From the NCBI GenBank assembly GCA_964187785.1, contig OZ076409.1:27716001-27780000 (forward strand): DNA of 64,000 nt. The letters run 5' to 3'. Below the pieces are notes generated by a model. The model saw only the letters and a program-made list of their open reading frames with translations. It did no database searches and was not told the DNA's origin. Positions 1-14,100 of this stretch are shown here, piece after piece (positions within the stretch are counted from its first letter, which is position 1; each line of letters opens with the position of its first letter). The translations under genes and the position numbers were made by a program. The DNA is from Amphiscolops sp. MND2022 (taxonomy: Eukaryota).

Positions 1-3000
1 TATGAAAACGAGTAGAAAAAGTGTCGTTGTTGGGTGAAATGAGCCTTTAGATTGAGTCTTGGCTGCTTGTACCGAAGGTATAGTGTTTTTTTATAATCTT
101 AAAATTTTGTCCGTCGTGATAAGATACGATCTTGGAATAGGTATTATCTTAGTAAGATCTTAATAAGAATCTTGCCATGGGATGATTTGAAATTATCGTG
201 ATCAAAGCTTGTTTGAAAATTTCTCGAGCAGTCTTCATGAAGAAACTAAGGCGAGCTAAGACGTTGGTTCTGACGGGGTTCTAACGAACCCTTTTACGGT
301 ATAACGAAGTAAACACGTTATATCCGAATTTTTGCCCGACGGCAACGAAGACGGGCAACGCACTGATCTAACCAGGGTTGAAATTTTGTCTTTCAAGGTT
401 GACCGTCAGTGGAACCGTTTTCAAGTGTAACGTATACATCAATAAAAATGCACTGAATTCAATTCTGGAAGTTGGAAGTTATATCCAAAGTATATATCGT
501 CTTGCCTTTGTTAGGTTCTTCAAGTGACAGAAATCAATGTGTCGCGAGCAGGAATCCGGGTGTCAACGAAGGATAATCTTTTCTGTCAACGAAGGAATCT
601 TTTCTGATGAAAAGATTTGAATAAATCAAGTATTATATGCATAGTATTATATATACTATATATATGCAAAGTATGTTATATTATATATGCAAAGTATTAA
701 ATATACTTTTGCACAGAAGTGTTAGAAATTTGTTCTTCATGATGGAATTTGGGCTTACTGATTTGACGATTTGCGATACACTAAGGACATCATCATCATG
801 AAGAACAAATTTCTAACACTTCCGTGCAAAAAAATTGTTTTTAGTAGAATCTGGTGATTTTCCGGGTCGACCCTCCATGGATATCTTAGTGGAAAAATTT
901 TAGCTAAGATCGTGACAAGATATTGCCCAGAATTGCAAGATGCCATGGTAAGATCTTATCAAGAAAGCCATGTTTCCCAGAAAAATCTTACTAAGAAGCC
1001 CAATATGGCAAAAAAAATCTTACTAAGAAGACCAATATGGCAAGAAAAATCTTAGTAAGAAGCCCAATATGGCAAGAAAAATCTAACTAAGAAGCCGAAT
1101 ATGGCAAGAAAAAAATTGCTACGAACTGCTCGATATCGAGAAAAAGTAGAATCAGAAAACCATTAAATTAAGAGTTATGGAAAATCTAGACATCACTCAA
1201 AACAAAATTTCTGAATGATTTTTACAACCATTTCGATATCGATATTTTTCTTTCAATTGCAAAACTGTCGCCAACAGCGGCGTCAGAAAAGACTTGAGCT
1301 GAATCATTATCCAAATTAGAGCCATGACCGCCGTTTATAGCAGTGATAAGGCTGCTGAAACAGGCCCTAAGAAAGCTGAAAATATGAAATTCACAAAAAT
1401 TTCCGGATTTTAAAATCTTTCCTTTGTAACTTTCCGATAGTGGGTCTGGACGTTTGAGAGCATATTTCTCCGTCTCTGAAATTGACAGGAGTGATAAATT
1501 ACAAGTTTTGGAAAGCCCTTGAATTGATCTTTCATTTGGTACATTCGGCATTTTTCAGACTTAAACAGGTGAGGAGTTATTAGGTTTCTCGTCAAAATTT
1601 CGGAAGCCAGAATACTTTATCGTAATTTTTCACGCAATTTTGCATGCAAAATTTTTTCAGCAGGTTTAAGCACTTTGAATATGAAAACGAGTAGAAATAG
1701 TCGTTGTTGGGTGAAATGAGCCTTTAGATTGAGTCTCGGCTGCTTGTACTGAAGGTATAGTGTTTTTTTATAATCTTAAAATTTTGTCCATCGTGATAAG
1801 ATACGATCTTGGAATAAGTATTGTCTCAGTAAGATCTTAACAAGAATCTTGCCATGGGATGATTTGAAATTATCGTGATCAAAGCTTGTTTGAAAATTTC
1901 TCGAGCAGTCTTCATGAAGAAACTAAGGCGAGCTAAGACGTTGGTTCTGACGGGGTTCTAACGAACCGTTTTACGGTATAACGAAGTAAACACGTTATAT
2001 CCGAAATTTTGCCGTTTTTTTCGAAAAACTCTACGCCTGGCAAAGAAAACGGGCAAAGCTCAGATCTGACCAGCGTTGAAATTTTGTCTTTCAAGGTTGA
2101 CCGTCAGTGGAACCGTTTTCAGGTGTAACGTATACATCACTAAAAATGCACTGAATTCAATTCTGGAAGTTGGAAGTTATATCCAAAGTATATATCGTCT
2201 TGCCTTTGTTAGGTTCTTCAAGTGACAGAAATCAATGTGTCGCGAGCAGGAATCCGGGTGTCAACGAAGGATAATCTTTTCTGTCAACGAAGGAATCTTT
2301 TCTGATGAAAAGATTTGAATAAATCAAGTATTATATGCATAGTATTATATATACTATATATATGCAAAGTATGTTATATTATATATGCAAAGTATTAAAT
2401 ATACTTTTGCACAGAAGTGTTAGAAATTTGTTCTTCATGATGGAATTTGGGCTTACTGATTTGACGATTTGCGATACACTAAGGACATCATCATCATGAA
2501 GAACAAATTTCTAACACTTCCGTGCAAAAAAAATTGTTTTTAGTAGAATCTGGTGATTTCCCGGGTCGACCCTCCATGGATATCTTAGTGGAAAAATTTT
2601 AGCTAAGATCGTGACAAGATATTGCCCAGAATTGCAAGATGCCATGGTAAGATCTTATCAAGAAAGCCATGTTTCCAAGAAAAATCTTACTAAGAAGCCC
2701 AATATGGCAAGAAAAATCTTACTAAGAAGCCCAATATGGCAAGAAAATTCTAACTAAGAAGCCGAATATGGCAAGAAAAAAATTGCTACGAACTGCTCGA
2801 TATCGAGAAAAGGTAGAATCAGAAAACCATTAAATTAAGAGGTCTGGAAAATTTAGACATCACTCAAAACAAAATTACTGAAAGATTTTTACAACCATTT
2901 CGATGTCGATATTTTTTCCAACAGCGGCGTCAGAAAAGCCTTGAGCTGAATCATTATCCAAATTAGGGCAATGACCGCCGTTTCTAGCAGTAATAAGGCT

Positions 3001-3509
3001 GCTAAAACAGGCTCGAAGAAAGCTGGGAATATGATTTTTACAAAAATTTCCGGATTTTAAAGACTTTCCTTTGTAACTTTCCGATAGTGGGTCTGGACGT
3101 TTGAGAGCATATTTCTCCGTCTCTGGAATCGACAGGAGTGATAGATTACAAGTTTTGGAAAACCCTTGAAATGACCCCTTTCATTTGGTACATTCCGATT
3201 TCTCAGTCTTAAACAGGTGAGAATTTATTAGGATTCTCGTCAAAATTTCGGAAGCCAGAATTCGTTATCGTAATTTTTCACGCATTTTTGCATGCAAAAT
3301 TTTTTCAGCAGGTTCAAGCATTTTGATTATGAAAACGAGTAGAAATAGTCGTTGTTGGGTGAAATGAGCCTTTAGATTGAGTCTCGGCTTCTTGTACCGA
3401 AGGTATAGTGTTTTTTATATAATCTTAAAATTTTGTCCATCCTGATAAGATACGATCTTGGAATAAGTATGATCTTAGTAAGATCTTAATAAGAATCTTG
3501 CCATGGGAT
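1..3509. repeat. Tandem array of ~1.65-1.68 kb units (1-1679, 1680-3327, partial 3328-3509), each full unit containing a ~30-bp minisatellite
   Basis: TATGAAAACGAGTAGAAA recurs at 1, 1680 and 3328 with colinear downstream sequence. AAAAATCTTACTAAGAAGCCCAATATGGCAAG-type repeats at ~980-1110 and ~2680-2780. Confidence 0.92.
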
Positions 3510-4449
3510 CCATGGTTGCCAAGGTGTAGTAAGAATTTGGCAAGATCTTGCCAAGACAGCCAAGATGCTAGTAAGAGGGTCAACCCGGGTTTTTTCCGGA
3601 AAACTATCTTACCTTTTGTTCATACAGAATGAAAAAAACGCCACTTGAGCATTATTATAATGTCTGCATGGTCTATTTTAGCAACAAAATAACATGCCCC
3701 AGCGTATCCAATAAACTTTTGATAGAAAACTTGTCCAAAATCTAATGAAAAATTTTCATACTTCTGAGAGAATTTGGGCTTTAGAAAATTGTCAGATTCC
3801 TCCATTTAAAAATGATAGGAGCTTATTGCTTTGCAAACATGTTTTGGCACTATTCGACCTTTTTTCGTACTTTTCCCCGAAAAAGTTCACATACCTTCTT
3901 AGCCACATAAGTTACGAACTTTAATTTTAGGACTTTTGACATCACTGAAAGAAACTCTGAACTAGGTCAACATTAGGGAGAAAGTCAGCTGTGAGAAAAC
4001 ATTTTCGGTCACCATGAAAGGAAATATATGGGTGGAATATAAGTAATTGAAAAACTTGTGTTTTATCAATCCAAACATCCCTTATTTCATGAAGTATTGC
4101 AAGAAGCTTTCTGAAACAATAACTTAGAACTTGAGGAATCGAAATAATGAACTTTCAAGATGATCTGCTTAAAGCTGTCTAAAAATTAATGATTTGAATT
4201 ATTAATTTTCAGACAGAAAAAAAATTGAAATGTCAATGTTTGAAGGACCATCTTTTGAGTTTCAATTGTGAGCTTGGCTTGTCGTCTCATTATTGCAAGC
4301 TTTTCTTCGGCATGTATGTTACAACAAGCTAAGCTGACCTATTAAAACTCAAAGGACGGTGCTTTAAATATAATATTGACCTTGCAATCTTTTTCTACAC
4401 GACTGATTAGATCGTACGCAGCTTGTCCGATAGAAAGCAACTACAACAT

Positions 4450-4856
4450 AAAGCAGGTATTCATTCAACAATATCAACTTTTTAGCACCAACCACCAACT
4501 TCAGCTACACTGATTAAAATTATTGAACTGTGGGAACGTTTCACAACTAAAAGAAAAGCTATCCTAGTTCTTGAATGCTGGAAACGATGAATATCAGAAT
4601 AATATTCTAAAGGCTACTGATAACTAAAGGTTTCAAAAACGAGCACAAAGAACATTTCGCTCTTGTATTATCTGGAACATTCAAGAACTAGGATAGCTTT
4701 TCTTTTAGTTGTGAAACGTTCCCACGGTTCAATAATTTTAATCAGTGTAGCTGAAGTCATTGGTGGTTGGTGCTAAAAAGTTGACATTGTTGAATGAATA
4801 CCTGCTTTTAGTTATTAGTAGCCTTTAGAATAATATACTGTTATTCATCGTTTCCA
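4450..4856. repeat. Inverted-repeat (foldback/MITE-like) structure
   Basis: ~4450-4578 is the near-perfect reverse complement of ~4678-4809; ~4580-4628 pairs with ~4809-4856. Confidence 0.85.
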
Positions 4857-5176
4857 ACTTCCCATTAGATTTCGCGCGGAAACCTTTTTTCTCACTGAAT
4901 ATATCCTCATCTTTTTTCATGCCAATTGCCACGTTTACCCGAATGTCTGCCGAATGTCCCTTAAAATACCTAGAGGTAAGCCAAGTATATGATTGTAGGA
5001 TTAATTCAATACTGATTTTAAGAGGTTACATTCGAACTGTTTTCTTTTTACTTCGTAGAGTATTTTAAGTATATTCTATTGTTATCAAACCAGAATTGAT
5101 ATAATGTTGCTTCTCTCAAGATGCAAGCATAAAAATCTTCTGAAAATTGTTTTTTTTTGTTAGAGGATTTTCTGAA

Positions 5177-8100
5177 ATGAACAAAGGGGTAATCAGGCTG
5201 GAGGAAGATGAAAAGAAATATGTCAAGTGGTCAGTGATCCTTATGATGTCCTTGGCACTGTTGCTGTTCCTAGCTGATGGAGTGACCTTTGACATAGCCA
5301 GTCCCATATTCCCAACCGAGGCGCAAAGCAAGCAATTGACACAAACAGAGGTCGGGTTCATTTCAGCTTTATCCGCAGTCAGTGAGCTGTTCTGTTCAAC
5401 AGGTAATAACAACAACCAGACAGTAACTTCTAAATTCATTGGATTTTTTCTTTTGAAATTTTAATAGTGATGAGTCTTTGATCATGGTAGGTACACCCAG
5501 TGTAGATTCAACTTCATTTTTTTGTTTACATTTTGAACAACTGACAACTTCTTTGAAAACACACAAACGCACGCTAAACGATCATTATAAAGCAAGTACT
5601 ACGGAAAAGTATCTTTTTGTGCCAACTTCCACTTTTCACTAATTACGCGCCTTGACTAGTTTACATTTTTTTTCCATTACTCTCGTTGACACAGCTACAC
5701 CGTCCAGGAGTAGACCGACTTGACTGTTTTACGCTGAATGACCATTTCACGGATTAAACAGATTACGCGCAAAGCAAGCAATTGACACAAACAGAGGTCG
5801 GGTTCATTTCAGCTTTATCCGCAGTCAGTGAGCTGTTCTGTTCAACAGGTAATAACAACAACCAGACAGTAACTTCTAAATTCATTGGATTTTTTCTTTT
5901 GAAATTTTAATAGTGATGAGTCTTTGATCATGGTAGGTACACCCAGTGTAGATTCAACTTCATTTTTTTGTTTACATTTTGAACAACTGACAACTTCTTT
6001 GAAAACACACAAACGCACGCTAAACGATCATTATAAAGCAAGTACTACGGAAAAGTATCTTTTTGTGCCAACTTCCACTTTTCACTAATTACGCGCCTTG
6101 ACTAGTTTACATTTTTTTCCATTACTCTCGTTGACACAGCTACACCGTCCAGGAGTAGACCGACTTGACTGTTTTACGCTGAATGACCATTTCACGGATT
6201 AAACAGATTACGCTGCGTGCCTCAAATTAGTTTTCCCACTGGGATGTGTATCGTAATGTAGATTTTCAAAGTTACTCGTGAAATCATATTTCAACAAAGA
6301 TGCGCCAGTTAAACTGGTCTCTGAGTAAGGTAAGTGTATATGTTTGGAGTATAAATAAAAATTTATGTTTGAAGTAAAAAAGTTGAAATCAAAGACGACA
6401 AATTCAAAAATACCTCCAGAAGAAGTCAAACTTCCAGAAAAGAAAAAGCTTTTGAGTCGGCGTTTTCGAAGAAAAACCTGACTCTTACAATGGCTAGTTT
6501 TTTCGTCAGTTCAACGCGATCAGTCCACTTTTTGTGCATTATGCACTTTTACAATAAGTACTCAGTACTTTATTTTCAACGCATCCAAAGCCTCTAACCT
6601 AAGATACAAAGCCATTGCAAAGCTTTTTTTCGACACTATGAGACTTTTTCCTTTATTTCGGCACTGTGAGACTGTTCAAATTTCTCATTTTTTTCCGTTT
6701 TTTTATTGCTTCAAAGGGTCCCCCATCATTTTTTTGATATTTTGAGACAGAATGGATGTTCAAAAAATCCCAAAGGGTCCCCCTTTTACATTTTTTGGCA
6801 CTATGTGACTTACCGGGGACGTCAAAAAAATCGAAAAAAAGTTCGGAAATTTTTTCCCTCAATTTTTAGTTTTTTGAGAACTTTTGTTGTCTCCAGTTGT
6901 AGAAAAAGTGGTTTTCGAGTCTTATTGAGCCTTAGATATGGCGCCGACTTGGGCCGTTCCCGGTTTGTTCATCATAATTTATTTCATTTCAATTCTAATA
7001 ATACCTCCGGAATCTAGACAAAGATTTAAAAGTTTTTCATTTTTGAATATTTTTGTTTAAAAATATTGCTGTCAAAAATTACTGATTTCGGTGTGCAATC
7101 TCTGGAAAAGAACTAAAAATTTGGAAAAAAATTTCCCTAAAATGAGCCGCTGTGAATAAATTGGAAATGAGGTAAAACAAAAGCTCAAACGAAAGTTCTA
7201 CCAGAAAAATTCTTCGGTGTCAAAGTGCCATATGTCGATAAGGTTTCTCTTACATTTTGCTATCCTGAAAACGCTCACTTTAGCCATGAAAAAACGTTTG
7301 AATTTTATTTTTTGAATCAGACAGAACTCTTTCATCACTTGTCAACGGTCTCATCTTGTGCGTTATCCGTTAAAGAGACTTGTTGTATATTCGGAATACA
7401 GATTGTTTTTTTATAACTAAGGGCGTTGATTGACAGAAACTTTAAGGAATATGTCGCAAAATACGTACAACGCGCATGGATTATGTCGCTTCGGTGGGCC
7501 TAACTGACTGGGAAATACTCAATCCACCGAATAATTAAATTGTTGATTAATTCATTGATTCGATGTCGACATTTTTTAATGAATTGTAGGCAGTCTTTAA
7601 AACCATTGGTGAAAAATCACCTTTGTTAGAAATCAATTTTCATTATCCTTGTTACCAGGCATGCTATTTTTGGCCAACCCGAGCAATCAGAAAACCTTGC
7701 TACTCTTCGGCGCCACGATTAGTGCAACGGCATGCATCTGTTTTGGGTGTGCTGTTTTTTTCCCGGACGGGGCCATTTTTGGGGTGGCCTGTGCGTTTTG
7801 CCAGCTGCTGGTTGGAATTGGGTGTGGTCTCACTTGGTCCACGGCTGTTCCAACCCTCGCAATGTCGTTCCCTCAGTACGAAACCAGATTGCCAAACTTA
7901 ATTGAAACTTCTTTATCAGTGGGCCAATTATTAGCCCCTTTGGTTGCTACTCTTTTTTATGCCCTGGGAGGATATTACCTGCCTTTTGTTGTTGCTGGTA
8001 TTTTCCAATTACTCGTCGCTTTAACGTGCATTTTTCTGCTGAAACCCAACAAAAATCAAATTCATATAGTTCACACAGTACCCACAAGTTCAACACGACT

Positions 8101-11100
8101 ATGCAAGGTTGGCATTGCATGAGAAACATATTGAAGGTTCACTAGTGTATCAAAAAGCAAGAGACACTAGAATTCGTTAACAAAAATCTCAAATCGCTTC
8201 AAATTTTTATATAGTCATCTAAATAAAAAGTCACAGCAGCAAATTATAAATCCAACTTTGATCACATTCACAACGGTATTTTCTTGGAATCAAAGATGAA
8301 ATTAGACATTTATATCACTTCTCAATTTTATCAATCATTTGCCATTTTTCGAAAAATGTTCTGCACTTTTCGCAATCTGCTGGCCACAAAAACAAACGCT
8401 AAAGACAAGTTTTGACCCTTTGAGTCTGCTCTTTATTCTTTGATTCACTCTAACACTTTTTAGTCGGCGTTTTCGAAGAAAATCCCGACTCTTACAGTGG
8501 CTAGATTTTTTTCGTCAGTTCAACGCGTAACGTCCACTTTTTGTGCATTAATCCAATTAATGCACATTTACCAACTTTTACCATATGTACTTAGTACTTC
8601 ATTTTCAACGCATCCAAAGCGTCTAACATGAGATAAAAAGCGTCCCCCCCTTTTACATTTTTCGGCATTATGCGACTTACCGGAAACTTCGAAAAAAAAT
8701 TTTCAAAAAAATTCGGAAATTTTTTTTTCTCAATTTTTAGTTTTTTGAGAGCTTTTGTTGTCTCCAGTTGTAGAAAAAGTGGTTTTCGAGTCTTTTTGAG
8801 CCTTAGATATGGCGCCGACTTGGGCCGTTCCCAGCTTGTTTAAAAAATGATCTGCGTGGAAGTTTACCCGCAAGAAGCTCACAAAAAGAAGACTTCAAAG
8901 TTTATTCCGAAATGTTTTTTAACAAACCGAAACTACTGACTAGATAATTCTTGCAGTCTAAAAGTAAGCGGAATGATTTTTGCAATCTTGAAACTATTCA
9001 TTTTTTAAATTGACACACTATCTCTGAAAACTGTGACAAGTTTCAGAGCTGGTGTGTCAATTTAAAAATATGAATAGTTACAATATTGCAAAAATCATTC
9101 CGCTTACTTCTAGACTGCAAGAATTATCTAGTCAGTAGTTTCGGTTTGTTAAAAAACATTTCGGAATATATTTTGAAGTCTTTTTTGTGACCTTTTTGCG
9201 GGTAAACTTCCACGCAGATCGTTTTTTGAAAAAAGGTTAGAGTGAATTAAAGAATAAAGAGCAGACTCAAAGGGTCAAAACTTGTCTTTACCGTTTGTTT
9301 TTGTGGTTATTATTTCTGCGATAGCTGGCCACTTTGCCTCTTTTTGGCACTATGCAACTTAACGAGAAGAGAAAAATGTCAATAATTTCTTTCTGAATAA
9401 ATTTCGAAAAACATTTTTCGCAATTTTCAAATTTTGAGGATTTCTGTAAAGAAAATAAGTTCCCCGAGTTTTGAGGGTGACTTCTTTGTTACTTTTGATC
9501 ATATGGAACTGACGATGTTTCTTCTTGATTATGGAAATTACCTGATTTCAGTATTTTCGGCTCCATCGTCTTTCCGAAATTTTCAATTGGTCAAAGAGTA
9601 CCCCCTTGTTTTCAAAGCTGATTTCGGCTTGAGAAAAGTAGTTTTGCGAGTTGAAACTCGCTTAGACATCATAGAACATTACAGGAAAAATCCAAAAACT
9701 GGAATTTTTGTGATTCCTGTTGGGGAAAAAGTGGTTTCCTAGTATCAGGCGTATTTCTTGAGGTGATTTTTGGGACTGAGAAAACAGCAAAGCAAAAACT
9801 TGATTTCAGGTCCTTCGCATATTTAGGAAAGTTGAGCGATCCCGGTTTGTTGTAAAACTGCATATAGTTTCACAAGAAGTGTCAAAAACTGGAAATGGTT
9901 TTGACAACTTTGGGGTCAATTTGAGGAACTTTTCTAACATGAATCAACAGATGTCTTTTCAGAAATAGACCTACTGGATACCGCGTTTAGTTGTTTTTGA
10001 ATGTTTACACCATTCTAACCCACGAAGTAGTTCGAAACATTTTCCTTAGGTCGAAACCTTGAGGCCGAAATATACTTTTTCTGAACGTTGTCTGAAATAT
10101 ACGTTTAGTAAAGATTTCTGAAAGTTGTGCAAATGAAGTTATCTGATATCTTTCCCAAAGACTACCGTTAGCTACACGTCTCGATGCTGAGCCTATGGTG
10201 TTTCTGATTGAAGTAAAGTTTCGGAAAGGGTCATATTTGTGACTATGTTGTCGAAAAGAATAAACACTCGGAAATTTTGACACCTTTGTTGTAAATTCGA
10301 TGAATTTTTTCCCCAATTGCGTTTTGAATACCTTATTCTATTCTTCAAAAATTTTCGTGGTTTGTTCAAAAGTTGGGATTTATTTGTGAAACAACCTGCT
10401 TTTTGTTGTTTCGTGGATTTTTTTGTGTTTTTGAGCCAATTCCAACAAAAAATGCAGTTTTCTTCTCAAAATTGACATTTTTGAATTTGCGGTCAAGTGT
10501 GAGTCATTTTCCAAATGACGTCTGCAATACATCTTTAAAAGCCTACTGGATTATCAGTTCAGCCTTTGTTGGACGTTCACCATCCTTCTGACTCCAAAAC
10601 GATTCAAAAAGTACACAAGTTGCGCAAAAACAGAGATGTTGAAAATTTTCGACTCCTTTGGAGGGTTTCTGAACAACCGAACAAATATAAAGCAAATAGG
10701 AAAATTTTCGAAATTTTGTCATTTTTGATGTCAATTCCGGACATTTTTCGTTTGCAAATCTGCATTTACTTCTTTTCTAAGCAATATGGACAACGCATGC
10801 TTTCCTTGTTGACACTTTCCAACGTTGCAATAGACGAAGTCGGTCATAAATGTGGGGAAAAATGCATGAAACCATTGAAAATTAAAAAAATTGGGATTTT
10901 TGTCATTTTCGTTGACAATTTGAAAAATTTTCATTTAGAAAAATGCTCTAAACTTTTCGGAAGAGACTACTGAACAAACAATCTTTTCCTTGTTGGCTCT
11001 TAAAATTTTTCCAATTCACGAAGTTTTTCGAAATTTTGACGAAAAAAGCGTTAAAACTTTGAAAAATGGAACAATTTGCGACATTTTCACTGAACAAACT

Positions 11101-14100
11101 ACAATAAACACTTCAGAAAAGCCTACTGGACAAAACATTCTTTCCTTGTTGACCCTTTTCAACGTTCCAATCCACAAAGTCCGTCGGAAATTTGGAAAAA
11201 AGTGCCTAAAATCTTTGAAAATGAGAAAAATTTGGAATTTTATCATTTTCTGTGTCAATTTGAGACATCTTCATTTTGAAAAATGCAATACAGTCTTCGG
11301 AAAAGACTACAGGACAACCAATCCTTTCCTTGTTGGCCCTTTAAAACTTTCTACTTCACGAAGTCTGTCAAGATTTTGGCGAAAAATGCGAAAAAAACAA
11401 TGAAAAATGTTACTTTTGGGGTTTTTTGTCATTTTCGGGGTCAATTTGAGATTTTTTTACAATTGGAAAACAGCAATTATCTCTTCATAAAAGCCTGCTG
11501 GACAACGAATTTGTGCCATGATGAACATTTTCAACATTCTAATCCAAGAAGTCCATCGAAAGTTTGATATGAATTGCATAAAATTGATTAATAATATCGG
11601 GAAATTTTTAGTTTTTTGTCATTTTCGGTGTTAACTTGAGACATTTTTCATCCAGATATCTGCAATTATCTCTTTATAGAAGCCATTGGACCACGAATTT
11701 GTGACCTGTTGAACGTTTTCAACATTCCTTTCCATGATATATATCGAAAAATTTACAAAAATTGCATTAAAATTACAAAAATTGAAAATTTTTGCAAATT
11801 TTCTCGTTTTTGGTGTCAGGTTTGGGTCATTATGGGGTCCTTGGGGTCAGTCGGAAAAGTCCAGAAATCTCCCTAAATACATATCGTACAAAGCTAAATT
11901 TATGTGAGTTGAATTCTATCGATAACACCCTTGAATTTGTATATAAATTTGGTGCTTGGCAAATTTGTAAAAAAAAACAGAACCCGTTTGATTTAAATTT
12001 TTTCCTTTCCCATATATGAAATAAGGGCGGAAAATAACAAAATCTCTTTAGGGTTGATTAAGATACTGATAGATTTAGTATACACCTTGGGATGCTGTCG
12101 TATCACTCTTCATACATATCCAAAATACGAATGTGCTTTGAATTTTAGCATGCAATATCAACTGTTCAAAGCTTTTTATTACCATAATGTACAATCAAAA
12201 CAACTAAGTATTGGAAAAGATTATTTGGGAGAAAAGGTGAATGTGGCATGATTTCATATGTTCAATTCAGTCTACAAACTCAACAACTTCAAGACTGTAT
12301 AGTGCTTTCATGAATACAAATAGTTTTTAAAATCCCAACTCAGCGTCTAAGACTATAAATTATTAGACGTTAATGCTGAATCTAGGCACGGTTTTCTTCC
12401 AAACATCGAATGCCGAGCTAGTAACAACTTTTTCTTTTTTATCGTGGCATACATATAAGAGCTATGTTGGAACTTTTAAAAAATCGATAAACTGGTGCGT
12501 AAAAAACTGTGAAAACTGTTAATGCCAACCTTCTTTTGGTTTCTCCAGATAACAATGGTGACCAATATTAAACGTTTTCTGACGTCATGTGGAGTTCTAT
12601 GCCTCAGTGTGCCGCTAGTGGGCGCTGGCACTACTCTGGGGCATACTAGTGTCGCAATATCTCCCCATCTCAAGGAACAGTTTTCTGTGACCCAGGAGAA
12701 AGCCGGATACTTCTTTCTATCCAATTCTATCGCTGGTTTAATAGGCACTCTAACTTTTGGCTTTCTTTGCGAAGCTGGGAGATCCAATACTTTATGTGTA
12801 ACTTCAACAATTATAGGTTAGAGGGGTGTGCGGTGATTACTGTAATTAACTCATTCTTGTAATGCGACAAATTAACTCTCAAGTTCTTGTATTGCGACAA
12901 AATTTTGAAAAAGTGCTGCTGTTGCTAGAAATATGAAATTGAGAGCTTTTGAATTCCAAATTTTTGCTTTAAAAGAACCATATTAATCCATAAAGAGAAT
13001 CACATGTATTGTTTTATGCTTGGAAATGTAATGTATGATATTGCGCCTGTACATGATTCTTGCAATGACTGCTAAATTTTTGCCTCTTTGGTCAAGCTAA
13101 ATTGGATTTCATCGCACATCCTCTTTCAGGTTTTATTGGGTACTCCGGTCTAGCCTTTTCCGCGAGCACGCTCCTAGTCTCTCAGAACCTAGCCATGTTT
13201 CTCATGTCCTTCACAGTAATAGGTCTGATCATCCCTGGATCTGTGCTTCCTGGGTACTTCGTGCTTGAGAGTGCTGCTCTCGACGCTGGGCTGACTCAAA
13301 TCAGGGATGCTCATAGTTACGAAGAAATACAAACACAAATGTATTCTCACCATATTCAAATAGGCAAAATACATTCTCTTTTTGAAAATTTCGATGTTTC
13401 AATTTTACACCAAAACGTTAAAAAATCAACTGCAAAACTTATAGTCTTACAATATGCGGAATCTGTCCCAGTGCTCAGCGGACGTCTGGTAGAAAATGAT
13501 TTAAATCAGTTCAAATAGATGACTAAAACAACTGCGATTGCCGTCTGAGTCTTCCAAACCAGTCATTGAAACTCGGCTGAACTTTTACCCAGAAACAAAA
13601 CATGCGGATAAAGTCATACCACGTCATATAAAGTGTTCTGCGAATCCAACTGAGTCGAAGAGAGATATTATAAAACTATAATGAAAACACTGCGCATAAA
13701 ATGTATCTTGAACAGTGAGTTGCCTAAGGAACTTTTACGGCAATTACGCGACGAAACCCCTGTGCAATTTTTGCCTGACATCAAAAACATCTCATTTTCA
13801 ACAAGACGCCCGCTAAGCGCCGGGATATTTTCCGCCCTCTTCGCCTTCGCCAACTGAGCCATAGCTATTTTGGGAGGGGGGAATAGGATCTAAAAACTAA
13901 GATCTAAAATTTAGTGATTTTAGATCTCATTCCCTTTAAATCTTTCCCGTCCTGAAATTTTACATCTTATTCCCTTTAGATCTTATTCTCTTTTTTGACT
14001 GTAGATATTATTCCCATAAAATAGTCAAGTAACTAAAATAGTCAGGTGAGTCAAATTTGGCAGAATTTGGGAACAAAACACATCACGAACCATGATTTTC

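Noticed and set aside
980..1110. CRISPR-like short repeats (also 2680-2780 and 43000-43195)
   Set aside because: Head-to-tail minisatellites without unique spacers, in a eukaryotic context with no cas genes.
9900..12030. Cluster of 60-140 aa ORFs
   Set aside because: Phe/Lys-rich translations of AT-rich degenerate repeats with no protein motifs.
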